A stretch of DNA of 64,000 nt from Escherichia coli (GCF_003991155.1 NZ_CP031293.1); one strand, 5' to 3'. Positions 32,269 to 49,209 are shown, numbered from the stretch's first letter. A program made the numbers and translations. The notes: a model not told the origin generated them from the letters alone.

Positions 32269-34710
32269 TCACTCTGCCACTTTTTTCTTCGCCGCACGCT
32301 TCGCTTTGGTCGCTGCGGCTATTTTCTGCGTTTTCGCCGATGGCTTTTTCGCTTTTCTCGCGTCTTTCTTCGCCGCTTTCGGCTTCGGTTTTTTCTCGCC
32401 GCGGAAGGCGCTGTCTGGCTCAAAGTTTACCTTTTTACCGACCTGACGACGCTTGCCGCCTTTTTTGCCTGCATCGCCTTTTTTCGCTTTCTCGCGCGCC
32501 GTTTTACCGACGTTGCGCGGTGCGCGTTCGCTGGAGATCAGGCTAAAGTCGATTTTACGCTCGTCCATATTAACCGCTTCGACGCGAACTTCCACGCGAT
32601 CGCCCAGGCGATAAGTCTGGCCGCTGGATTCACCCATCAGGCGTTGCCCTACCTGGTCAAAGCGATAGTAGTCATTGTCCAGCGAAGAGACATGGACCAG
32701 ACCATCAATGAACAAGTCGTCCAGACGGACGAAGAAGCCAAAGCCAGTGACGCTGGAAATTACGCCTTTAAAGACGTTACCTACCTGGTCGAGCATGAAG
32801 TCACACTTCAGCCAGTCAGCTACATCGCGTGTTGCTTCGTCGGCACGACGTTCCGCCATCGAACAGTGCTGACCCAGTTGCAGCATCTCTTCCATCGAAT
32901 AATGGTAGCCGCCGGTTTCAGTGGTGTTGCCCTGATGCCCCTGCTCTTTCGCCAGCAGATATTTAATGGCGCGGTGCAGCGTCAGGTCAGGATAACGACG
33001 AATCGGCGAAGTAAAGTGCGCATAGGACTGCAATGCCAGACCGAAGTGACCACGGTTTTCCGGATCGTAAATCGCCTGTTTCATCGAGCGCAGCAGCATG
33101 GTTTGCAGCATTTCTGCGTCAGGACGATCGGCAACCGACTCCAGCAACTCCGCGTAATCACGCGGTTCCGGCTTGTTACCGCCCGGCAGTTCCAGCCCCA
33201 GCTCCGCCAGCACTGAACGGAAAGAGGTAATCGCTTCGGTGCTCGGCTTATCGTGAATACGGAATAGTGCTGGTTCTTTGGCTTTCTCAACGAAACGCGC
33301 CGCCGAGATATTCGCCAGAATCATGCATTCTTCAATTAACTTGTGGGCGTCGTTACGCTGAGTCTGTTCGATACGTTCAATACGGCGTTCAGCGTTGAAA
33401 ATGAACTTCGCTTCTTCGCTCTCAAATGAGATCCCACCGCGTTCTTCACGGGCTTTATCCAGCACTTTATAGAGGTTATGCAACTCTTCGAGATGCTTAA
33501 CCAGCGGGGCGTACTGCTCGCGCAGATCCTGATCGCCCTGCAGAATATGCCAGACTTTGGTGTAGGTCAGACGTGCGTGAGAGCTCATTACCGCTTCATA
33601 GAATTTGTAGCCAGTCAGGCGGCCTTTCGACGAAACCGTCATCTCGCACACCATACACAGGCGGTCTACCTGCGGGTTGAGCGAGCACAGGCCGTTAGAG
33701 AGCACTTCCGGCAGCATCGGGATAACCTGCGAAGGGAAGTACACCGACGTACCACGGTTACGCGCTTCTCTGTCCAGCGGTGTTGGCGGACGCACATAGT
33801 AGCTGACGTCGGCAATCGCGACCCATAAACGCCAGCCGCCGCCGCGTTTTTTCTCACAGTAAACTGCATCGTCAAAGTCACGGGCGTCTTCGCCATCAAT
33901 GGTGACCAGCGGTAAATCGCGCAAATCGACACGGCCCGCTTTTGCTTCTTCCGGCACTTCTTCTTTCAGCCCGGCAACTTGTTGCTCAACAGCCTGCGGC
34001 CAGATATACGGAATTTCATGGGTACGCAGAGCGATATCAACCGCCATGCCGGTGCCCATATTGTCGCCAAGTACTTCGACGATTTTACCCACCGCTTTGG
34101 TACGGCGAGTCGGGCGTTGGGTCAGTTCAACCACCACCACAAAGCCCATCCGCGCGCCCATGATCTGATCGGGCGGGATTAAGATATCGAAGCTCAAACG
34201 ACTGTCGTCAGGAACCACAAAGCCGACGCCCGCTTCGGTAAAGTAGCGACCAACAATCTGGCTGGTTTTTGGCACCAGTACGCGGACAATACGCGCTTCA
34301 CGACGACCTTTACGGTCAGCGCCCAGCGGCTGCGCCAGCACCTGATCGCCATGAATGCAGGTTTTCATCTGCTCGCTGGAGAGATACAAATCATCTTTAC
34401 GCCCTTCAACCCGCAGAAAGCCGTAGCCATCACGGTGGCCAATAACGGTACCTTTCACCAGGTCGAGGCGTTCCGGCAGCGCATAGCACTGACGACGAGT
34501 GAAGACCAGTTGACCATCGCGCTCCATCGCGCGCAGGCGGCGACGCAGGCCTTCAAGCTGCTCTTCGCCTTCAATGTGCAGTTCTACCGCCAGCTCATCA
34601 CGGCTGGCCGGTTTTTCACGTTTGGTTAAATGTTCGAGGATAAATTCCCGACTAGGGATGGGATTCGCGTATTTTTCAGCTTCGCGTTCCTGGAAAGGAT
34701 CTTGTGACAT
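32269..34710 (-). CDS. rnr: Ribonuclease R (RNB-family 3'-5' exoribonuclease) with lysine-rich C-terminal tail
   Basis: ORF 827 aa; conserved start at [21 protein letters not shown] (813 aa); RNB and S1 domains then a K/A-rich basic tail. Confidence 0.92.
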   Translation of the reverse strand: MSQDPFQEREAEKYANPIPSREFILEHLTKREKPASRDELAVELHIEGEEQLEGLRRRLRAMERDGQLVFTRRQCYALPERLDLVKGTVIGHRDGYGFLRVEGRKDDLYLSSEQMKTCIHGDQVLAQPLGADRKGRREARIVRVLVPKTSQIVGRYFTEAGVGFVVPDDSRLSFDILIPPDQIMGARMGFVVVVELTQRPTRRTKAVGKIVEVLGDNMGTGMAVDIALRTHEIPYIWPQAVEQQVAGLKEEVPEEAKAGRVDLRDLPLVTIDGEDARDFDDAVYCEKKRGGGWRLWVAIADVSYYVRPPTPLDREARNRGTSVYFPSQVIPMLPEVLSNGLCSLNPQVDRLCMVCEMTVSSKGRLTGYKFYEAVMSSHARLTYTKVWHILQGDQDLREQYAPLVKHLEELHNLYKVLDKAREERGGISFESEEAKFIFNAERRIERIEQTQRNDAHKLIEECMILANISAARFVEKAKEPALFRIHDKPSTEAITSFRSVLAELGLELPGGNKPEPRDYAELLESVADRPDAEMLQTMLLRSMKQAIYDPENRGHFGLALQSYAHFTSPIRRYPDLTLHRAIKYLLAKEQGHQGNTTETGGYHYSMEEMLQLGQHCSMAERRADEATRDVADWLKCDFMLDQVGNVFKGVISSVTGFGFFVRLDDLFIDGLVHVSSLDNDYYRFDQVGQRLMGESSGQTYRLGDRVEVRVEAVNMDERKIDFSLISSERAPRNVGKTAREKAKKGDAGKKGGKRRQVGKKVNFEPDSAFRGEKKPKPKAAKKDARKAKKPSAKTQKIAAATKAKRAAKKKVAE

Positions 34711-34748
34711 CTCGGTTCCTCCGTTGTCATCTCTGATGAAGATTTTCG

Positions 34749-35174
34749 TCACTCCACCAGCAATAATTTATAAAGCGGTTGATTCTCTTCAACCAAATCG
34801 GCAAGCGTGTAGTTATCCAGTTCCGTAAGAAAACTTTGCACGGCCTTAGAAAGCGCCTGTTTCAACCGACAGGCAGGTGTAATGTGGCAAAACTCACTGC
34901 TGCAATTCACCAGCGATAAGGGCTCCAGCTCGCGCACCACATCACCAATACGTATCGCACTCGCCGGTTTACCCAGACGAATGCCGCCATTTTTTCCACG
35001 AACAGCAGTCACGTAGCCGGCACGACTAAGTTGATTGATTATTTTGACCATATGATTACGGGAGACGCCGTAGACGTCAGTCACTTCAGAAATACTGGTC
35101 ATCCGCCCTTCAGGCAATGACGCCATGTAGATCAGCGCACGTAATCCGTAATCAGTGAAACTCGTTAACTGCAC
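34749..35174 (-). CDS. nsrR: Nitric-oxide-sensing transcriptional repressor NsrR (Rrf2 family)
   Basis: 141-aa [53 protein letters not shown]. Confidence 0.92.
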
Positions 35175-35378
35175 ATCAACCTCAAAAGGGAAATCGGGAA
35201 AAAATACATTTATATTGATGATAAACCAGCCACAAGCTGTGTCGCTAATTTATTTCAGTTCGGGGAAGGAAAAAAGCGAGGATTTAACACTGTGTCGGAA
35301 AGCGTAATGGCTTAACCGACACAGCAATGTATCACACTGTTAGCCCGGCAGGCAAAATATCTGCCAGGCGTACCAGAA

Positions 35379-36680
<1,302 letters not shown>

Positions 36681-36700
36681 TCAAAATCACCGTTTGCTTA
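36681..36700. promoter_or_regulatory. Possible PurR-box-like sequence at the purA 5' end
   Basis: Minus-strand sequence aagcaaacggtgattttga partially matches the PurR operator half-site GCAAACG; tentative. Confidence 0.3.
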
Positions 36701-36780
36701 AAAATGGATTCTACCATCGCTTTTTCAGAGTTACAGCACTTTTTGCACTCAAAAATGACCTCGATCAGTCTGTTTTTTGT

Positions 36781-36978
36781 TCAGCCAATCGTTTTCCTCA
36801 ACATGTAGTAGACCACAACGCCCGCAACCACAAGTCCACCGCCAAAACGACGTAAAATATTATCGGGCAAATTGGTCATCGCAGAGATCATCTTCTTCCA
36901 TGCCTTCGGGTAAAGCATCGGCCCTAAACCTTCCAGCACCAAAACCAGGGCAAGCGCCAGCCAGATTGTCGAATTCAT
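36781..36978 (-). CDS. yjeT: Small membrane protein YjeT (DUF2065)
   Basis: 65-aa ORF MNSTIWLALALVLVLEGLGPMLYPKAWKKMISAM; located downstream of hflC. Confidence 0.75.
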   Translation of the reverse strand: MNSTIWLALALVLVLEGLGPMLYPKAWKKMISAMTNLPDNILRRFGGGLVVAGVVVYYMLRKTIG

Positions 36979-36993
36979 TGATTATCCTTATAG

Positions 36994-37030
36994 AAAAAGA
37001 AAACCACCGACATCCCTGAGGATGCGGTGG
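36994..37030 (-). terminator. Putative rho-independent terminator downstream of hflC
   Basis: On the minus strand: imperfect GC-rich hairpin (ccaccgcatcc ... ggatgtcggtgg) followed by a ttttctttttc run. Confidence 0.45.
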
Positions 37031-37059
37031 CTTTATTGACCTGTACCGCAGTCGTTATA

Positions 37060-38064
37060 TTAACGCGTTGCGGAAGTCGGCGTCTTCATGTAGCGGAAGA
37101 AATCGCTATCCGGGCTCATGACCATCACGTCCTGATTGCCAGAGAAGCTGTTCTCATAAGCACGCAGGCTACGGATGAATGCGTAGAAGTCTGGATCTTT
37201 ACTGAATGCATCAGCAAACAGTTTGGCTGCTTCGGCATCGCCTTCACCACGCATGATGCGGCCCTGACGCTCAGCTTCTGCCAGCGTTCTGGTCACTTCA
37301 TAGTCGGCAGTTGCACGCAGTTTTTCCGCTTCTTCCTGACCTTGTGAACGGTGACGACGCGCTACCGCTTCACGCTCGGCGCGCATACGGTTGTAGATCG
37401 CTTCAGACACTTCGGTCGGCAGGTTGATCTGCTTAATTCGCACATCGACAACTTCAATACCCAGCGCCGCCATACTGTTCGGGTTGATGACCGGAACTTT
37501 GCCCTTCGTCTCAGCCGTTACGCGCTCTGCCGCTTCGGCAATGGCGTTATCTGCCGCCGGGGTAGTAACTTCATCTTCTGTACCCGCAGAACCGGAGTTC
37601 AGCGCGTCACGTACTTCGAGGGTCAGACGACCACGGGAATCGGTGACGATGTCTTTCACGTCCAGGCGACCAATTTCAGAACGCAGACGGTCAGAGAACT
37701 TACGTTTCAACAGCACTTCCGCTTGCGAAATGTCGCCACCGCCCGTTGCCAGGTAGTAACGGCTGAAATCGCTGATGCGCCATTTGATGTAAGAGTCGAC
37801 GATCAGGTCTTTCTTCTCTTTGGTCACAAAGCGGTCGGCCTGGTTGTCCATGGTCTGAATACGTGCGTCGAGCATTTTCACCGTTTCAATGAACGGTATC
37901 TTGAAATGCAGACCCGGCTCATAAACCAGAGGTTTGTTGTCATCGTCACGCAGTACCTTACCAAAACGCAGCGTAATACCGCGCTCACCTTCTTTGACGA
38001 CAAAGACAGACATGTAAAGCACTACCAGCACGATGATGATAATCGCGATAACTGACTTACGCAT
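37060..38064 (-). CDS. hflC: FtsH protease modulator HflC (SPFH/band-7)
   Basis: 334-aa ORF MRKSVIAIIIIVLVVLYMSVFVVKEGERGITLRFGKV. Confidence 0.93.
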   Translation of the reverse strand: MRKSVIAIIIIVLVVLYMSVFVVKEGERGITLRFGKVLRDDDNKPLVYEPGLHFKIPFIETVKMLDARIQTMDNQADRFVTKEKKDLIVDSYIKWRISDFSRYYLATGGGDISQAEVLLKRKFSDRLRSEIGRLDVKDIVTDSRGRLTLEVRDALNSGSAGTEDEVTTPAADNAIAEAAERVTAETKGKVPVINPNSMAALGIEVVDVRIKQINLPTEVSEAIYNRMRAEREAVARRHRSQGQEEAEKLRATADYEVTRTLAEAERQGRIMRGEGDAEAAKLFADAFSKDPDFYAFIRSLRAYENSFSGNQDVMVMSPDSDFFRYMKTPTSATR

Positions 38065-38066
38065 CG

Positions 38067-39326
38067 TTATTCCCCCTGACGCTGGTAGTCGTTACGCTGC
38101 GCGTTGGCGCGGCGTTGGTCCATAATATCGCCCTGACTGGTGGACGACGTGTTGCTTGCTCCACTGGTTGTGGAGGAAGAGGCTGGCGGCAGACGCAGCA
38201 GATTGCTGGCACCGTTATCGCTCTTCGCTGCAGGGGCGTTACCACCTTTCAGCATCTGGTCTAACGGCAGAACCATCAGGTTGCCACCTTTGTCGTTAAC
38301 CAGCACTTTGCGGGTGTTACCCAACACTTTTTCCATCGTCTCGATATACAGACGCTCGCGAGTAATTTCCGGCGCAGCTTTATATTCCGGCAGAAGTTTA
38401 GCAAAGCGCGCCACTTCACCCTGAGCTTCCAGGATGGTCTGGGCCTTGTACGCACGCGCCTCTTCGAGGATACGTTGCGCCTGACCGTTCGCACGCGGCT
38501 GAACTTCGTTGGTATACGCTTCTGCTTCACGAATGTATTGCTGTTCGTTTTCACGCGCGGCAATCGCATCGTCAAACGCCGCTTTTACTTCTTCCGGCGG
38601 ACGAGCTGCCTGGAAGTTGACGTCCAGCAGAGTGATACCCATATCATACGGACGAATCGTCTCTTCCAGTTCGCGCTGGGTATCGCTACGAATCACGGTA
38701 CGACCTTCCGTCAGAATGCGGTCCATGGTGTATTTACCGATAACCCCGCGCAGGGCGCTGTCGGTAGCCTGACGCAGACTGTCATCCGGGCTGGTCACGC
38801 TATACAGATATTTTTCCGGATCGGTGACGCGGTACTGCACGTTCATCTCAACGCGCACTACGTTCTCGTCCGACGTCAGCATCACACCAGAAGCTGCCAG
38901 TTCACGCACGGCTTCCACGTTCACCGGTTTGACTTCGTCGATAAACGTCGGTTTCCAGTTCAGACCCGGCTCAACCAGATGGCTGAATTTACCAAAGCGT
39001 GTTACCACGCCACGTTCGGCTTCTTTAATGGTATAGAAACCACTGGCCGCCCAGATAATGACAATCGCTGCCGCTGCGATGGTAACGACACGACCGCCAA
39101 GCTGCGGGCGTGGGCCTTGCGATGAACTGCCACCGCCAGATCCGGTGCCTTTACCGCCGCCCAGACCACCGAGCTTTTTGCTCAGCTTGCGGAAGATATC
39201 ATCTAAATCAGGTGGCCCTTGATCGCGACCGCCTTTGTTTCCATTTCCCTCAGAGTTGCCGCCAGGTTTGCTGCTTCCCCACGGGTCGCGGTCTTGTCCG
39301 TTATTACCGGGCTGATTCCACGCCAT
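38067..39326 (-). CDS. hflK: FtsH protease modulator HflK (SPFH/band-7)
   Basis: 419-aa ORF with Gly-rich N-terminus MAWNQPGNNGQDRDPWGSSKPGGNSEGNGNKGG. Confidence 0.93.
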   Translation of the reverse strand: MAWNQPGNNGQDRDPWGSSKPGGNSEGNGNKGGRDQGPPDLDDIFRKLSKKLGGLGGGKGTGSGGGSSSQGPRPQLGGRVVTIAAAAIVIIWAASGFYTIKEAERGVVTRFGKFSHLVEPGLNWKPTFIDEVKPVNVEAVRELAASGVMLTSDENVVRVEMNVQYRVTDPEKYLYSVTSPDDSLRQATDSALRGVIGKYTMDRILTEGRTVIRSDTQRELEETIRPYDMGITLLDVNFQAARPPEEVKAAFDDAIAARENEQQYIREAEAYTNEVQPRANGQAQRILEEARAYKAQTILEAQGEVARFAKLLPEYKAAPEITRERLYIETMEKVLGNTRKVLVNDKGGNLMVLPLDQMLKGGNAPAAKSDNGASNLLRLPPASSSTTSGASNTSSTSQGDIMDQRRANAQRNDYQRQGE

Positions 39327-39411
39327 GTTTGTGCTCCATATTTGTTATGCGGTGATCCCTGTTGTCTTTCGACGCCAGAGGATATGACTCCACGCTTCAG
39401 ACGCTACGCCG

Positions 39412-40692
39412 TTAGATCAAGTAATCGATCAACGCCGGTTCTTGTTTGCAGAGGCGACGCCAGTCAACGATCGGCATACGAACTTGCAGACTTACGCTGC
39501 CGTCCTCCTCCATCCACTCTTTTTCTATTGCCTGAAGCTGATAAAAACGACTTCTCAGACGCCCTTCCTGCGGTGGCAGACGCAATGTATGCTGCGCCAC
39601 CTCGCCGGAAAGCCGCTCCGTCAAAGCCTGAAAAAGCTGTGGTATCCCCGCTCCGGTCTGTGCGGAAAGCCAGACACGGATCGGTTTGTTCTCTTCGTCC
39701 CGATCAATACGCGGTTCGAAATCTTCCAGCATATCGATCTTGTTCATCACCAGCAGGGTTGGGATCTCGTGAGCGTCGATCTCTTCAAGAACCGTATTCA
39801 CCGCTTCGATGTTTTCTTGTACACGCACATCCGCCGCGTCAATGACGTGCAGCAGTAATGTGGCTTGCCGCGTCTCTTGTAACGTGGCTTTAAATGCCGC
39901 CACCAGATCGTGCGGCAGGTGGCGAATAAACCCTACGGTATCTGCAAGTACGGTTTCACCGACATCCGCGACGTCAATACGCCGCAACGTCGGGTCGAGG
40001 GTGGCAAACAACTGGTCTGCCGCGTAGACCCGCGCTTCGGTGATGCGATTGAAAAGGGTAGATTTACCGGCGTTGGTATATCCCACCAGCGAAACAGTAG
40101 GAACGTCGGCTTTGATACGCGATTGCCGCCCCTGCTCACGCTGCTTTTCAACTCTTTCCAGGCGCGACTGTATCTGCACGATGCGATTACGCAACAAACG
40201 ACGGTCGGTTTCGAGCTGGGTTTCACCCGGACCACGCAAACCTATCCCGCCTTTCTGTCTTTCAAGGTGGGTCCAGCCACGCACCAGGCGCGTAGCCAGA
40301 TGGCGCAACTGCGCCAGCTCAACCTGCAACTTACCCTCATGGGTACGCGCACGTTGGGCGAAAATATCTAAAATAAGGCCGGTGCGGTCGATAACACGAC
40401 ACTCGCACAAACGCTCCAGGTTACGCTCTTGCGCCGGGCTCAGGGCATGGTCAAAAAGAACGACCGAAGCACCCGTCGCTTTGACAGCTTCCGCAATTTC
40501 AACTGCTTTACCTTCACCTACAAAATACTTTGGGTGCGGCGCTTTACGGCTACCGGTAATCACCTGCAATGCTTCGACACCGGCGGAAGAGACCAGAGAT
40601 TCAAACTCCTGGAGGTCTTCCATATCTTTGTCTTGCGTAAAATAGATGTGTACCAGTACCGCCTGCTCACCAGCATCATAACGGTCAAACAA
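39412..40692 (-). CDS. hflX: GTPase HflX
   Basis: 426-aa ORF with P-loop ([12 protein letters not shown]) and Obg/HflX-type N-terminal domain. Confidence 0.93.
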   Translation of the reverse strand: MFDRYDAGEQAVLVHIYFTQDKDMEDLQEFESLVSSAGVEALQVITGSRKAPHPKYFVGEGKAVEIAEAVKATGASVVLFDHALSPAQERNLERLCECRVIDRTGLILDIFAQRARTHEGKLQVELAQLRHLATRLVRGWTHLERQKGGIGLRGPGETQLETDRRLLRNRIVQIQSRLERVEKQREQGRQSRIKADVPTVSLVGYTNAGKSTLFNRITEARVYAADQLFATLDPTLRRIDVADVGETVLADTVGFIRHLPHDLVAAFKATLQETRQATLLLHVIDAADVRVQENIEAVNTVLEEIDAHEIPTLLVMNKIDMLEDFEPRIDRDEENKPIRVWLSAQTGAGIPQLFQALTERLSGEVAQHTLRLPPQEGRLRSRFYQLQAIEKEWMEEDGSVSLQVRMPIVDWRRLCKQEPALIDYLI

Positions 40693-40768
40693 GCGTATAA
40701 CCCTCTAAATAGATCAGCGGGGAACGCAGGATCGCTGGCTCCCCGTGTAAAAAAAACAGCCCGAAACC

Positions 40769-41089
<321 letters not shown>

Positions 41090-41162
41090 TTATATGCTTA
41101 TTTGTACTTTGAACCTTTCGATTCTGAAAAAATTGCGCACGATACGTCTCAATTGTACACAT

Positions 41163-42113
41163 TCAGCCTGCGATAGCACCAACAACCTGTAATACTTCGT
41201 CACGCGCTTGTTCTGGTTTTTCACTGTCAAGCCAGTGAACCCCTTCCCAACCACGCAGCCAGGTTATCTGCCGCTTCGCCAACTGTCTCGTGGCGCAAAC
41301 ACCTCGATAAACCATTTCATCGTATGAGATTTCGCCTTCAAGGTAAGACCACATCTGGCGATAACCCACGCAACGAATGGAAGGCAAGTCCGTATGCAAA
41401 TCTCCTCGGGCAAAAAGCGCCCGGACTTCTGCTTCAAAACCTGAAGCCAACATCTGATGAAAACGCTGCTCAATTCGTTGATGGAGCAGTTCACGACTCG
41501 CCGGGGCGATGGCGAACTGATGCACCTGATACGGTAGAGCGTCTCCTGACGTTTGCGTCAGTTCCGTTAAAGTTTTACCCGAAATGAAAAAAACTTCCAG
41601 TGCCCGGGAAAGCCTTTGTGGATCATTTGGATGAATCCTTGCTGCCGCAACCGGATCGATCTCCTGAAGTTGACGATGCAATGACTCCCAACCTTGCTCT
41701 GCCGCCTGTTGCTCAATTCTGGCCCGCACTTCCGGGTCTGCCGACGGTAGCGGCGACAACCCTTCCAGCAATGCCTTGAAATACAACATCGTACCGCCCA
41801 CTAACAGTGGGATCCGCCCCGCTGCGGTGATATCGGCCATTTCCGCCAGCGCATCGCGGCGAAAATCAGCAGCCGAGTAAGCCTGCGACGGATCGCGAAT
41901 ATCCAGCAATCGGTGCGGCGCGGCGAGTAACTCTTCAGCGTTCGGCTTCGCCGTCCCGATATCCATCCCTTTGTAAATAAGGGCAGAATCAACGCTTATC
42001 AACTCTACTGGTAAAATTTTACGCAGCTCAATGGCTAACGCCGTTTTACCGGAGGCCGTCGGCCCCATCAAAAAAATCGCCTTAGGCAGGCTCGCCTTAC
42101 TGATATCACTCAT
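41163..42113 (-). CDS. miaA: tRNA dimethylallyltransferase MiaA
   Basis: 316-aa ORF with P-loop GPTASGKT; overlaps the mutL 3' end by 8 bp. Confidence 0.93.
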
Positions 42114-43953
42114 CTTTCAGGGCTTTTATCGCCGGATGTAAATCAACAGATTGTAACAGACCACCCGGCGGCGTTTTCACAAGTTGCGGACATAACCGTT
42201 CCACGTCCGCCAGCAGGGTTATGGCCTGTGCCATTGACCACTGCGCATGTTCGCTCATCAGATTTCGTGCAATCCACTGCGCAATATTGCCAGGTTCGAA
42301 TACGGACTGCTTCGCCAGGTAGCCTATCAGTTCAGGAATCAAGATTTGTAAATTTTGTTGGCGTAAGGGTAAAGGCACGGCCCTGATGGTCACATGCTGT
42401 GCATCGGACTGGAAATCAATACCCAATTCCGCCAGGGCAGACTGCGCTTTTTCTAATGCCGATTTTTCTTCGCCAGAAACTTTTAGCCGCAGCGGAATCA
42501 GCAACGGCTGGGCGCAAACTGGCGCTTCACCCGGCGTCAGTTGCGCCTGACGCAGCCAACGTTCTGCCACTGGCAAGGCTAAAAGTGAAATGTTGCCGTC
42601 GCGCTCCAGCAACGCACAGTCGGAATGGACGATAGTCAGTACCCGACCAAAACTCTGACTGTTCGCCGCAAGTGCAGGTTCCTGCGGTTCTGGCGCTTTT
42701 GGTTTTTGCATCGGCGCGGGCGTTTGCAAAAGCTGGCGATACACTTCACCTTGCTGTTTCTGGTAGCCTGGCTGCGCATTCGGCCAGGGGGCAGCCGGAC
42801 GACTGCCTGAGGAGGGCGCAGGAGTGTAACGCGGAGCTACTGGCTCACGAACTGCCGGTTCAGCAAAATGATTGCGCCCCGCCGCCACGCGGTTTTCCGG
42901 AATAGCACGCGGTGCAGGTTGGGGTTCATCGTCCAGCGGTAGCGGTGTTTCCAGTTGCTGCTGTAACACGCTCAGCACGCCCTGATAGATAAAGTCATGC
43001 ACCAGACGCGACTGATGAAAACGCACTTCGTGTTTGGCGGGGTGCACGTTGACGTCCACCTGATGTGGGTCGATCTCCAGATACAGCACAAATGCCGGTT
43101 GCTGATCGGCCCCCAGTTTGTCTTCGCAGGCCTGGCGGATCGCGTGATTGATCAGGCGATCGCGCATCATGCGACCATTCACGTAGCAATACTGAATTTC
43201 CGCCAGTGCGGGCGTAGTGTGATTTGGATCGGCCACCCAGCCGCGCAGCATGAGATCGCCGTGTTGCCATTCAATCGCCAGCGCTTGTTCGAGAAAAGCG
43301 GTGCCGCAAATCGCGCCTAAGCGCCGTTCTTTTTGCCCGCCTTCCGGCACTGCGCGGTACTGACGCACAATTTTACCGTTATGCGACAGGTTGATCGTGA
43401 CGTCGAAACGCGCCAGCGCAATGCGGCGAATAATTTCATCGATATGGTTAAATTCGGTTTTCTCGGTGCGCAGGAATTTGCGCCGCGCCGGGGTGTTGTA
43501 GAACAGATCCAGCACCTCCAGCGTCGTTCCCACCGGATGCGCCGCCGGTTTAACCGTCACGTCCATATCGCGCCCTTCGGCATAGGCCTGCCAGGCTTCC
43601 TGTTGTTCTGCGGTGCGTGAAGTGAGCGTCAGGCGGGAAACCGAACTGATACTCGCCAGCGCCTCACCGCGAAAGCCCAGGCTGATAATGGCTTCGAGAT
43701 CGTCCAGAGAGGCGATTTTACTGGTGGCATGACGAGCCAGCGCCAGCGCCAGCTCATCTTTTTTGATACCGCAGCCGTTATCACGAATGCGGATAAGTTT
43801 CGCCCCACCGCGTTCGATATCAATATCGATACGCGTCGCACCTGCATCGAGGCTGTTTTCCACCAGTTCTTTGACTACCGACGCAGGTCGCTCGACCACC
43901 TCACCTGCGGCAATCTGGTTCGCCAGTTGTGGCGGTAAGACCTGAATTGGCAT
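42106..43953 (-). CDS. mutL: DNA mismatch repair protein MutL
   Basis: ORF 616 aa; conserved start [38 protein letters not shown] (GHKL ATPase), 615 aa. Confidence 0.93.
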
Positions 43954-43962
43954 CAATCGTCC

Positions 43963-45294
43963 TTAGTTTGGCAGCGTGCGATCTGGCGTCGTCACCGTAC
44001 TGGCCGTTTGTGCCGTTGCACCCTGCGGCGCAGATTGCATCGGATGCGCAAGGAAATAATTGCGCAGACCTTTATAAATGGCTTCTGCCAGCTGTTGTTG
44101 GTAATCGTCGCTCGCCAGCAAACGTTCTTCGCTGTTGTTGCTGATAAAACCGGTTTCGACCAGTACTGATGGGATATCCGGCGAACGCAGAACGCCAAGG
44201 CTGGCGTGTTCTGGTCGACGTTTATGAATTTCGCCAATGCGTTGCAACTGACTGATCATACTGGTCGCTACATCATACCCTACCCGCTGGGAATGACCGA
44301 ACTGTAAATCCAGCACCGCCTGGCTTAAATAGGGGTCAGACTGACTGTTCGCCAGCACATCGCCCGCTCCGCCCAGTAGCTCCGACTGTTTCTCATGCTG
44401 TTCCAGCCAGCTTGCCATCTCGCTGTTTGCACGACGGTTAGAGAGCACCCATACGGAAGCGCCAGTCGCACTGCGGTTCGGTGCGGCATCAGCGTGAATC
44501 GACACGAGGAAATTGGCGTTTTGCTTACGTGCCACATCGCTGCGCCCCATCACCGAGATAAAGTAATCCCCGTCACGGGTTAAAACGCCTTTAAACATCG
44601 GATCGTCATTGAGCAAAGTACGCAATTTACGCGCGATGGCGATGGTGACATTTTTCTCCCGCGTACCACCGGGGCCGATAGCGCCAGGGTCCTGACCGCC
44701 GTGTCCGGCATCAATAGCGATGATAATTTTATCGCCTGTGTTAGCCGTCGCGCGCGTTGCCGGACGCGTTACCGTATTACTGCTGATAACCCCCGTAGTG
44801 CGGTTACTTTCGGTTTTAAACGGATTGCGCGCCGGTTCGCTGGCGCGCGGTGCGACAACCGCAGGCGTTTCAACGCGTTTCGCAACCACTGGCGGAGGCG
44901 GTGGCGGCGCATCGGCGTTAATCGTAAAGACAACAGTGTAATTGCTGCCATTCTGCCGCTTCACCGCTTCGGTTTTACCGTTTTCGGTGAGATCGACCAC
45001 CAGCCGTAGCGTTTGTGCATCTTTAGGCGTTCCGGAGCGAATCGCCTTCACCAGATTATTGCCGCTAAACAACAACGGCAGCCCCTGAATTACCCCCGTT
45101 TGTTTGATATCGAGCGCCACGGTGCGTTTGCTTTGATGGCTAAACGCATAATCAGGATCGCCAATAAAACTCAACGTTATCCGCGCCTGTTGGTTGCCGT
45201 TAGAAACCTGAATATCAGAGAGCGTCGCGGCACCCACCTGCGCGCACAGCAGCAGCAACGTCGCTACCAACCAATTTCTGATGCGATACATCAT
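43963..45294 (-). CDS. amiB: N-acetylmuramoyl-L-alanine amidase AmiB
   Basis: ORF 448 aa; start set at [23 protein letters not shown] (signal peptide); Pro-rich linker then Amidase_3 domain. Exact start uncertain by a few codons. Confidence 0.88.
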   Translation of the reverse strand: MMYRIRNWLVATLLLLCAQVGAATLSDIQVSNGNQQARITLSFIGDPDYAFSHQSKRTVALDIKQTGVIQGLPLLFSGNNLVKAIRSGTPKDAQTLRLVVDLTENGKTEAVKRQNGSNYTVVFTINADAPPPPPPVVAKRVETPAVVAPRASEPARNPFKTESNRTTGVISSNTVTRPATRATANTGDKIIIAIDAGHGGQDPGAIGPGGTREKNVTIAIARKLRTLLNDDPMFKGVLTRDGDYFISVMGRSDVARKQNANFLVSIHADAAPNRSATGASVWVLSNRRANSEMASWLEQHEKQSELLGGAGDVLANSQSDPYLSQAVLDLQFGHSQRVGYDVATSMISQLQRIGEIHKRRPEHASLGVLRSPDIPSVLVETGFISNNSEERLLASDDYQQQLAEAIYKGLRNYFLAHPMQSAPQGATAQTASTVTTPDRTLPN

Positions 45295-45312
45295 CCCGCC
45301 ACCTTTCAAAGG

Positions 45313-47291
<1,979 letters not shown>

Positions 47292-47293
<2 letters not shown>

Positions 47294-48431
47294 GTCAGAG
47301 CCCCTCGATCTCAATCAGTTAGCGCAAAAAATTAAACAGTGGGGGCTGGAACTGGGCTTTCAGCAGGTAGGTATTACCGATACCGATCTCAGCGCGTCCG
47401 AGCCCAAACTGCAAGCATGGCTGGACAAACAATACCACGGCGAAATGGACTGGATGGCGCGTCACGGTATGCTGCGTGCTCGTCCTCACGAATTATTGCC
47501 CGGTACGCTGCGCGTGATCAGCGTGCGGATGAATTACCTTCCTGCTAACGCCGCATTTGCCAGCACGCTGAAAAATCCCAAACTCGGCTATGTTAGCCGT
47601 TATGCGCTGGGCCGTGACTATCACAAGCTTCTGCGCAACCGACTCAAAAAGCTGGGCGAGATGATTCAGCAACATTGTGTTTCGCTGAATTTTAGACCGT
47701 TTGTCGATTCTGCGCCTATTCTCGAGCGCCCGTTAGCTGAAAAAGCAGGTCTTGGCTGGACAGGTAAGCACTCACTTATCCTCAATCGCGAGGCCGGTTC
47801 GTTCTTTTTTTTAGGCGAATTGCTGGTCGATATTCCGCTGCCCGTGGATCAACCAGTCGAGGAAGGATGCGGTAAATGCGTGGCCTGTATGACGATTTGC
47901 CCGACCGGTGCCATCGTCGAGCCATATACCGTCGATGCTCGCCGCTGTATCTCTTATCTCACCATCGAACTGGAAGGGGCGATCCCGGAAGAGTTGCGAC
48001 CGTTAATGGGAAACCGTATTTACGGTTGCGATGACTGCCAGCTTATCTGCCCGTGGAATCGCTATTCGCAACTCACTACAGAAGACGATTTCAGCCCGCG
48101 TAAGCCGCTACACGCACCGGAACTCATTGAGTTATTCGCCTGGAGTGAAGAGAAGTTTTTAAAAGTCACGGAAGGTTCGGCGATTCGCCGTATAGGTCAC
48201 CTGCGTTGGCTGCGTAATATTGCCGTAGCCTTAGGCAATGCGCCCTGGGATGAAACGATTCTGGCGGCGCTGGAAAGTCGTAAAGGTGAGCACCCACTTC
48301 TTGATGAGCACATAGCGTGGGCGATTGCGCAGCAAATCGAGAGGCGAAATGCGTGCGTGGTCGAAGTGCAATTACCGAAAAAACAGCGTCTGGTTCGGGT
48401 GATTGAAAAAGGGTTACCGCGTGACGCCTGA
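47292..48431 (+). CDS. queG: Epoxyqueuosine reductase QueG (4Fe-4S, cobalamin-dependent)
   Basis: ORF 415 aa; conserved start at MSEPLDLNQLAQKIKQWGLELGF (379 aa); two CxxCxxCxxxCP ferredoxin motifs. Confidence 0.88.
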
Positions 48432-48700
48432 TTCATCCACAGCTTGTGAATAAAAATAAAAACGCATTGCAATTCAAGCCGGAAAAAATCGTCAAGTGAT
48501 CGATACGACAAAACGAAATCTTAATTTTTAACTTATCTATCAATAGGTTAAAAAAATACTATTCACCGTGCGAAGTTTCTTTGAAATTAAGATTACGGCC
48601 TGAGGCTGTGGATAACTCTGTTTACAAGAGTTTGTCAGAGACAACAAAAACCAGCAATACCGCATCGCGTCGCTGTGGATATTTTATTGAGAGAAGAATT

Positions 48701-48776
<76 letters not shown>

Positions 48777-48811
48777 TTGGGTGGTCTGTGCTTTACAGCA
48801 CTTTCAAATTT

Positions 48812-48887
<76 letters not shown>

Positions 48888-48923
48888 TTGGGTGGTCTGT
48901 GCTTTGCAGCACTTTTCAAATTT

Positions 48924-48999
<76 letters not shown>

Positions 49000-49209
49000 G
49001 TACTACTTAATTTTGCTTTCGTAATTTTCGCATTTCTGCGTCGTTACGGGAGGCGCATTATACGAGAAATCTTTCCCTCTGCAACCCCCCTAAAAAATTT
49101 TTTTTGAGTTTTTATCTCAAGTGCTGAAATTATCAGCAAGACGTTCAATTTAGCGTCAAAATCACGCCGCCGCAAGTGGATTCCGGCGCTTACGTGACCA
49201 GGAAAAATT

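Noticed and set aside
32201-32546. Phe/Ala/Ser-rich small ORFs (81 and 97 aa) near the 3' end of rnr
   Set aside because: They are the reverse-strand and shifted-frame reading of the lysine/alanine-rich C-terminal tail of RNase R (AAA/AAG/GCN codons); not independent genes.
36681-36700. Strong PurR operator call at purA
   Set aside because: Only a partial half-site match (gcaaacg) was seen by eye; kept as a low-confidence feature and not promoted to a finding.
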